Shown here one piece after another: positions 56,218-64,000 of a stretch of 64,000 nt of DNA (its first letter is position 1; each line of letters starts with the position of its first letter). The stretch is from NCBI RefSeq assembly GCF_000981445.1, contig NC_027218.1, positions 2,604,001 through 2,668,000 on the forward strand. The letters are read 5' to 3'. The notes under the pieces are model-generated. The model ran no database searches. It saw only the letters and a program-made list of their open reading frames with translations, and was not told where the DNA came from. The DNA is from Babesia bigemina. Taxonomy: Eukaryota. A program made the position numbers and the translations under genes.

Positions 56218-56900
56218 CTAGTCACTTCCCTCGTAGCAGCTCGAATAAGTACCAGCAACAATAGGTTCAGCACGGCAGATAAGCTGTGTACAAAGCTGTG
56301 CCGTCTTTATTCTCATATTGGGATGGAGCGCCAAAATGTCAGCCTCGCTCTCGAGATGACTGCGAATGGCACTCCTGGCGCAGCGATCGATTCGATAGGG
56401 TACACGCCCAGTAGGCTGAAGTCGGTTCTGCACACAATTTAAGCTCGTGATGAGCGCCCATTACCTCGCTAGGTAATCCAGCAGCGGGTTCCCGCGTTGC
56501 TTGAGTGCAGTGAGGAACAGGCGGTGTACGTCCAGTCCAGCGGGCTGCCTGGACGCCAGAAAAAAGAGGTGCGGACTCCGGGAGTCGTACAGGCCGTACA
56601 CAACCCTCCCAGCACGCTCCAGGGGCAGCGAATCCGGATTTAGCGAATCTTGGTTAAAACCCCTCTTGGCCCTGTCTTGTCTAACCTCCGCAGCTGCACG
56701 GCGTTACAACACTCCCGTCGCGGCACATCGGCCAGCCTTCCTAGGCCGGCTGTAGTTCCATCTCAGTTACACCTACCTATGGTGCGCAGCCGCCTAACAT
56801 GTGGCGGGAACAGCTCCGGATTCCGCTCCGCCTGCAGCAACGCCTGGCTGAGCGAGCGAACTTCTTTTGCGACTGCCTCTAGAGCCCCGCCAACGGTCAT
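56218..56900 (-). CDS. Hypothetical multi-exon protein (3' end uncertain)
   Basis: First exon MTVGGALEAVAKEVRSLSQALLQAERNPELFPPHVRRLRTI followed by several ~36-nt GT-AG intron candidates; divergent from BUD32. Confidence 0.35.
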
Positions 56901-57032
56901 GTCAAATATGAACTGCGTTTTCGTCGCGCAACGAATGCGATGTGTGTACACGATCGACCGTTGTCGCGTGTCTGTTGTTGATGTGCGGCTGGGCGTACGG
57001 CACATCGGCTCCCGCATTCACAACTTATCGCA

Positions 57033-57770
57033 ATGGAATCTAGCGACCAAGGCGCTCTTATTGCTCAGGGAGCAGAGGCGGTGTGTGTTAGACAATCTCG
57101 TTATATCATGTGCAGCGTGTGACTCGCATACTCTACCTGGGACGCAACGCGGTGCTGAAAACCAGACTCTCCAAGCAGTACCGGCACCCCGAGCTGGACG
57201 ACGCTCTGAATAGCAAGAGGATAGTCGCGGAGTGCCGCGCGGTGGCCAGGCTGCGGCGCCACGGCATTTACGTGCCGCTGGTATACCTGGTGGACGTGAA
57301 GAATCGCCAAATAGTCTACGAGTTCATAAAGGGGCAGACCGTGCTGGACGCGCTTAAGGAGTCACACCAGGATATCTGTGAAGACGTGTTGAAGCGTGTC
57401 GGGGTTGCAGTTGCGAAGATGCATGACGTCAACATCGTGCATGGCGACCTGACGACGAGGAACATGCTACGCACCGAGAGCGGCGAGATTTGTCTAATCG
57501 ACTTCGGCCTCAGTTATGTGTCAACTCTTGCAGAGGTGGGTGCTTGTTGCGTGTGAGTCACGCTGCTCAGGACAAGGGCGTTGACCTGTACGTGTTGGAG
57601 CGCTGCTGCGACGCCAACGAGGTTAGTTCCCTACACTCTCAACCGCCAATCCGTGACAGTTCGAGCTGTTCTTGAACGCCTACAAGCAGCAAAGCAGGTC
57701 CGCCGCAGCCACGATAGCCAAGCTGGCGGAGGTGCGCCTTCGTGGCCGCAAGCGTGACCAATCAGGTTGA
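57033..57770 (+). CDS. BUD32: KEOPS complex kinase Bud32/PRPK (4 exons)
   Basis: LIAQGAEA|, KQYRHPELD, IVHGDLTTRN, LIDFGLS, E|DKGVDLYVLER, C-terminal EVRLRGRKR. Confidence 0.93.
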
Positions 57771-57911
57771 CAACCCGGCCAACGTGGCAGTACCAGGTTA
57801 CTCTGTATTATTGCGTGTAGCCTTATAGAGTGTCCAGCTATGTGGCGTGCTAAACTTGGCTGAATAGGAGCCGCTGCGCCGCTTGCGAATATACGTATGG
57901 ACTACGCAACT

Positions 57912-58905
57912 TTAAGGTTTGAGTTTGCGCTTTTGCACTATTTTTGCGATGTCGTCGGCAATTTCCTTCACGTTGGCGTTTTTGCCGTAGAACTCGAGGA
58001 ATTCGCCGTTCTCGTCGAGCAGGTAGTGGATGATGGAGTGGTCGATCATGTAGTCCTGCTCGGTGGCGGTGATGCCTTGGTTGTAGTACACCCTGAACTT
58101 CTTAGCCACGTCCCGGATCGATTCCTGGTGCCAACGTCACGCCATAACACGATTCACGCTTACATGTGTGCCTGTCAACGCGACCAGCCTCGGGTGGTAC
58201 TCCTTGGCGTACTCCGCCAGCTTCTCCACGGAGTCGCGCTTGGGGTCCACTGCGCCGAAATGTGTTGGCGCCATATAGCCGCTTACCAGTGATGAACAAC
58301 GGTTGCACAACGTTGCCGAAGCGTTTTTCTGCAAGCGCATTTAACGATTCAGCGTCCTTAATGTCTAACCGAGAATCTCCGTCACCTGGGTCTGCTTATG
58401 CATTTCCACCGGGCATATGTCCGGGCAGTTCGCGAAGCCTGCGTTGCGTTAGTGCGGCGTTGAATGATGGTATCGGGGCTCGGTTGGCGCTATGGCGTGA
58501 CGATGCGAAGCCACTTACCGAAGTACAATAGCACCAGCTTCCCGCGGAAGTCTGACAACGACCGTTCCTTCCCAGTCTGGTCGGTTAGCGTAAAAGGACC
58601 GCCGAGCTGCGGCTTCCCGTAGCGCTCTTCCTGGACGATGGCTGCGCAGTTGATGTCGTTCGATGCGCCGCGCCGTACCTCGCTGTCTGGAACGCTTCGC
58701 GTCGAAGAGCGCGTAGACACCCACGGCGGCGCAGCCGCAGACGACCGCGCTACGGGTCACGTTTTTGAAAATCCCCTATGTGTGTTCAAAACAGCGCATC
58801 CTCGCCTACCCTGCTCTGAGGTGTGCCTCGCAGCGAGGAGAAGGCACGGCCGTTCGGCCGCGCAACCGCAGCCAGCAACCGCCTCTGCACATTCGCGATA
58901 ATCAT
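57912..58905 (-). CDS. SCO1: SCO1/SenC copper chaperone, multi-exon
   Basis: [41 protein letters not shown] (CxxxC), [32 protein letters not shown]. Confidence 0.92.
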
Positions 58906-58933
58906 TTGTACATGTTAGACTAAGTTATCAAAA

Positions 58934-61365
58934 TTACTGGGCGTCTTGGTCCGCCGGCTGCTCCTCCGCGGGCTCGTTCTGCGCGGGTTCAGCTTCCTCG
59001 GCCTTCTGGCTGGCGGCCATCTCCTCCTCCTTGCGGCGCTCACTTTGCACGCGCATCCTGCGGCAGAACTCGTCGATTTCGGAGTTTATCTGCCTGAGCT
59101 CGGTCTGCAGTTGCTCCATGGTGAACAGCGGCTCAGCGTGGCGGGGCATCGCCTTCTCCTCCTCCGCCTGCTGCCTTACCTTGGCTTCAAAGGCCTGGAT
59201 CTTCTGCGCGAACTCCAGGCGCTCTTCTTCGGGCGCGCCGTACCACATGGGACCGTCCTCGCAGCACATGCTGTGCCTGGACTGCAGGCCCGAGAGGAAA
59301 ACGTCCAACTCGTTCTCCTTCGCCTTCTGGATGCCGTACAGGCGCTCAATTGGCTCCCAGTCGGACTGCATGCGCTTGAGCGAGTCCTGAAGCACCTCCA
59401 AAGAGGCCTCGTAGTTGTCATACAGCCAGTTGCTCCACTTGTTCAGCTCCTCGTTGATGGTGCCCACGAACTCGGGCGCCACGTATTCGCGGTGCGAGCC
59501 CTGCATTTTCTCCTTGACGCTGTATATGAGCGTTTCGAAGTCGTTGAGGGTGCGCAGGCGTTGGTTTTCGATGGAGTCCTGCGCTTTGGCCTCGGCTTCG
59601 GCCTGCGCGTAGGCCTCGACGGTGAACGCGGAGGACCTCGGCATGGTCACGAACTCGTGCCCCTCGACGGCAGTGAAGAAGAACACGCCGTTCTCGTCGA
59701 ACACCGCAGACACGGTGGTCACGCCCTGCTCCTCGGTGGGCTGCACCTGCTTGACGATTTGTATGGCCCCCAGGAAGTAGGCGTCGGAGGGGTCCTTCGG
59801 GTCTCCCAGCGACGCTATGAGGATGGCGGGCGCAGTTACCGCCAGCTTGGCAGCGATCGGGGTTGACTTGGAGCTGTTTGCGGGCAGGATCTCGACGGTT
59901 TCAGCGCTGGCCATCTGGCTGATGTCGCCTCCCGGGATGCAGGCCAGCGACAGCGGCCTCGTTATGCGCTCCACCACGTGGTACTTCCTCACGCGGTAGC
60001 TGATGCTCCTCATGGCGGCGTCGAGCACACAGCCGCGGGCAACGCACTCGTCGGAGTTGAGCGTGCGCGAGAGCTGCTTGCCGAAGATGTCGCTGATGGT
60101 CTTCTGCACGCACGGGATGCGAGTGACACCTCCCGCGATCTCGACGCACGAAATGTCCTCGACGGCCTTCCCGCACAAGTTGACGCACTCCATGAGCATT
60201 TCCGTGATGTTAGGCAGGAACTCCTGCTTGCACATCTCCTCGAAGTCATCACGCTTGATGTTGCCCTGCAGGTCGTTGTCCTCCATGAGGCACTCGGCCG
60301 AGTAGCCGCTCTCCGAATTAGCCGATAGGACACGCTTGGTCTTGATGGCCACAGCCTCGAGCTTGAGCCTGATCTTCCTGTTGTCGAGCGGGTTGCACCC
60401 GTACTTCCTCTCGAAGCCATCGGCCATGTGCTTCATGAGCATGTGGTCGAGGTTGCGGCCACCCAGGTTCTGCCTCGAGACCTTGGACAGGATCTCGACG
60501 TGGTTCTGGTAGAAATCGCAGACCGCCGCGGAGGCGTGCGAGTGGCCGATCATTACAATGGCCACGGTGGTGGGCTTCTCGTCCGACAGCTGCTTGACCC
60601 TGTACACACCGTAGTCGAGGGCCATGGCGGTGCACTCGTCCAGGACGTTCAGGCACGACAGCCCCGCGGCCATCGCGGCCACTTTCAGCGCCTCCTTCTG
60701 CACCTCCGAATACCAGCCCGGGCAGGCCAGCACCACCTCCCTGCAGGGGCCCTTGGTGTAGTTGTCGGCCATCTCCGAGAGGAAGGAAATGTAGCCCGCC
60801 AGGACCTTGGTGACCTCGTAGGGCTCACTGGAAATGGCAACGTTGTATCCGGCGTAGCCGTTAGAGCAAATGGAAATGCCGTTCGGGCTGAAGAAGTCGT
60901 CCATGGCGCTCACCTCCAGCTCGGGGTCGCCGCCCATGGTCTTGCCGAGCAGGCTCATCATGTTTCTGCACGAGTTGCGGCAGTTGGAGATCATTTGGGG
61001 CGTCGCCTGGTCGCCGAAGAGCCTCCTCTTCTGCGTGTAGCTCGCACATACTCTGCACCACCATTAGTCGCTGCACAAGGAAAAAGTGAATACGAGCTCT
61101 TGGCAGGCACGTAACACAGCAACGCGAGCGTTGAAAAGCACCAACAGCCGATGCATACGTTAGCACCGCCATTGGCAAAGCCATCTGCGCAATGTCACGC
61201 GTCAGCTCTGCATACACCTCGTTTTTCAGCCGCAGATAGAACGGTGCGTGTAACTTACGGAGTATATCTCTGCGAAACCTCGTTAAGCACGATGTCTATG
61301 GCCCCTTTGGCGATTGTGGCGACCGTGGCGGATCCATCGCCGATGTCTATTCCAAGGACTGGCAT
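58934..61365 (-). CDS. HSP110: Cytosolic HSP110 (Sse1/HSPA4-like Hsp70 family), 2 exons
   Basis: MPVLGIDIG..GAIDIVLNEVSQRYTP|..KRRLFGD, ALDYGVYR, LGGRNLD, GGVTRIP, LSRTLNSDECVARGC, NDFETLIY, WLYD; no EEVD terminus. Confidence 0.9.
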
Positions 61366-62433
61366 TGTGTGTCGGTAATCTACCACAGAGGCTTAGGCGC
61401 GGGATCTGCAGGGTGACGTGCGGCCGGCGGCGAGTGTAACCTCTCGCAGCTAAATTTCCGCTGAATAATCAATCTGACTACCACCGAATTTTTTTCTCGA
61501 CGTCAAGGAGTAGACTGATGGCTAATGAGTAGGGACACACTCAGAATATCGCGAGTAGCAGTGGGGGTGGACACATAACTATTTCGACATTCGATGATAG
61601 CGCATTTCCGGCGTTCTGCAGAAGTTGACAGTGGCACTCCCAAATGATCCACGTAAGTGCACCTGCTTTCCAGCATTTAAATCGGTGCCTCGCGTTATCC
61701 TTTCCCTATCCTCGCGCGAGTCGCTTGCCCCGCAATAAACCACCAAATTGTGGCGCAGAGTACAGATTCTACGGTTCAAATGCTCACATGTGCTTTACTT
61801 GTTGACTGTAGGCGCAATACGGGGAACCTTGGTGTGGAATCCACGTAGTTTCAGCATTACGGCTACTGATGCTTTGGCGATGGCCAACTAAATGTACCGA
61901 TCAGTGTGCTGCACACACTTAGCTTTTAATGTTACAGAGTGTCGTAACACCGGCGAGGTGTGGCTAGAGTCGCTGCGGCGATGCGCTGGGTGCATTTCGC
62001 CGTGCGGGTGTGATTCTACGTCTACACATGCTGCATCAACGTTTCCCGAATACCGGCGTTATTATCACCCAAGCGGCGCCAATAATATTTACGAAGCGCT
62101 CTCCGGCAGCTTTACACGCTGTGACGTACGGCTCACGCCCGGCCGGGGATTGGCGACACACACGCCTTCCGTTTCGAGGATTCCACGGAGTCGATACGCG
62201 TTTCACTTGCAGTAAATACGCTAATGTCGCCGCAAGGGCACCCGTGGCTAATGTGTAACTCGTTTTGGACCCTTTGCTCTATTTGTCCCCTCCCCCCCTT
62301 GCCCCCCGACAGTGTGCTTATTTGTCACCTCATGGGTTATAGGGCAGCGCCGGGATTCTAGTCACTAACAAAAAAAGCGACGACAGGGTAACACCTTTCT
62401 TGTGAACGTATTACAGCAGTTTTTTTATTCACG
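61366..62433. promoter_or_regulatory. Divergent intergenic region between HSP110 and HSP90 with G/C-run (G-box-like) motifs
   Basis: Head-to-head ATGs at 61365 and 62434; gtggggg at ~61561, acggggaa at ~61819, and C-runs at ~62287-62307. Confidence 0.4.
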
Positions 62434-64000
62434 ATGGCGACGGAGGGTCAGGAGACCTACGCGTTCAACGCCGACATTTCACAGTTGCTGAGTAAGTGAC
62501 CTCACACGAGCTAGCCAGTGAAGCCGCTGTGTTCGCAGCATATATTTGTTCGGTGTCTAGCGCAAATACAGGCGCTTATCGCGCTCGTTTTGCGCTGGAA
62601 TCCACGGCGTCGTTGCAGTTGTTGTGTGCGCCTGTGTGTTAGCGGCCCACATACCCGCGCAGGTTTGATTATCAACGCCTTCTACAGCAACAAGGAGATC
62701 TTCCTCCGTGAACTCATCAGTAACGCCAGCGATGCCTTGGAGAAGATCCGCTATGAGGCCATCAAGGACCCCAAGCAGGTGGAGGACTTCCCCGAGTACC
62801 AGATCAGCCTGTCCGTCGACAAGGCTAACAAGACGTTGACCATCGAGGACACTGGTATCGGTATGACCAAGGCCGACCTCATCAACAACTTGGGTACCAT
62901 CGCCAAGTCCGGTACCAAGGCCTTCATGGAGGCCATCCAGGCCGGCGCCGACATGTCTATGATCGGTCAGTTCGGTGTCGGTTTCTACTCGGCCTACCTG
63001 GTCGCCGACAAGGTCACCGTTGTGTCAAAGAACAACAACGACGACCAGTACATGTGGGAATCCAGCGCCAGCGGCCACTTCACCGTCACCAAGGACGAGT
63101 CCGGCGAGCAGCTGAAGCGTGGCACCCGCCTCATCCTCCACTTGAAGGATGACCAGACCGAGTACCTTGAGGAGCGCCGCCTCAAGGACCTCGTGAAGAA
63201 GCACAGCGAGTTCATCTCGTTCCCCATCCGCCTGTCGGTTGAGAAGACCACCGAGACTGAGGTCACCGACGACGAGGCCGAGCCCGCCGCCGACTCCGAG
63301 ACCAAGGAGGAGAAGATCAAGGATGTGACCGACGAGGTCGAGAAGGAAGGCGAGGAGGACAAGGATGGTGAGGATAAGGAGGGCGAAAAGAGCGCCGAGA
63401 AGAAGAAGCGCAAGGTCACCTCCGTCACCCGCGAGTGGGAGATGTTGAACAAGCAGAAGCCCATCTGGATGCGCCTGCCCACCGAGGTCACCCACGAGGA
63501 GTACGCCAGCTTCTACAAGAACCTGTGCAACGACTGGGAGGACCACTTGGCCGTCAAGCACTTCAGCGTCGAGGGTCAGCTTGAGTTCAAGGCGCTGCTG
63601 TTCATCCCCAAGCGCGCCCCCTTCGACATGTTCGAGAGCCGCAAGAAGAAGAACAACATCAAGTTGTACGTGCGCCGTGTGTTCATCATGGACGACTGCG
63701 AGGAGCTCATCCCTGAGTGGCTCGGTTTCGTGAAGGGTGTCGTCGACTCCGAGGACCTTCCCCTCAACATCAGTCGTGAGATTCTCCAGCAGAACAAGAT
63801 CCTTAAGGTCATCCGCAAGAACCTCGTCAAGAAGTGCCTTGAGCTCTTCGCCGAGCTCACCGAGAAGAAGGAGGACTTCAAGAAGTTCTACGAGCAGTTC
63901 AGCAAGAACCTGAAGTTGGGTATCCACGAGGACAACGCTAACCGCACCAAGGTATGTTCAGCTGCAATACGACGTTGCATGGGTTATTGTGGTGTTTGTG
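62434..64000 (+). CDS. HSP90: Cytosolic HSP90, 5' part (exons 62434-62491, 62663-63951; continues beyond window)
   Basis: [63 protein letters not shown], charged linker, [25 protein letters not shown]. Confidence 0.97.

Noticed and set aside
58946..61114. Plus-strand ORFs of 306 and 228 aa
   Set aside because: Antisense to HSP110.
63025..63927. 300-aa minus-strand ORF
   Set aside because: Antisense shadow of HSP90; strong GC3 codon bias removes stops on the opposite strand.

Overview
Eukaryotic, intron-containing apicomplexan DNA, most consistent with a Babesia sensu stricto species (ves-like genes, 6-Cys-like gene, many 35-36 nt GT-AG introns, very compact intergenic regions). No rRNA, tRNA, CRISPR or transposon is supportable. 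The left half (1-31 kb) is a variant-antigen region. It holds a 6-Cys/s48-45-like secreted gene and a 3' remnant of a paralogue, plus one full-length and one 5'-truncated ves/VESA1-like gene in an inverted segmental duplication. It also holds five small Cys/Lys-rich, C-terminally membrane-anchored proteins with shared upstream elements. The inverted copies enclose a housekeeping island: Rab6, apicoplast Tic20-like, PEX22-like, a mini TRAP-tailed type I membrane protein, and ATP synthase delta. The right half is a dense housekeeping block: NAT10/Kre33, coiled-coil and LRR proteins, NOG1, a 1688-aa probably apicoplast-targeted protein with Tic110-like architecture, COA4-like, glycine cleavage H, RPL37, NOL11/Utp8-like, RPB10, a FAINT-like secreted repeat protein, an HPR-like protein, BUD32, SCO1, HSP110 and the 5' part of HSP90. 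Strongest leads: (1) the candidate Tic110-like protein, (2) a 197-aa TRAP-tailed adhesin candidate lacking vWA/TSR domains, (3) the ves-linked Cys-rich mini-protein family. All family assignments come from manual motif recognition and hand splicing; no searches were run.
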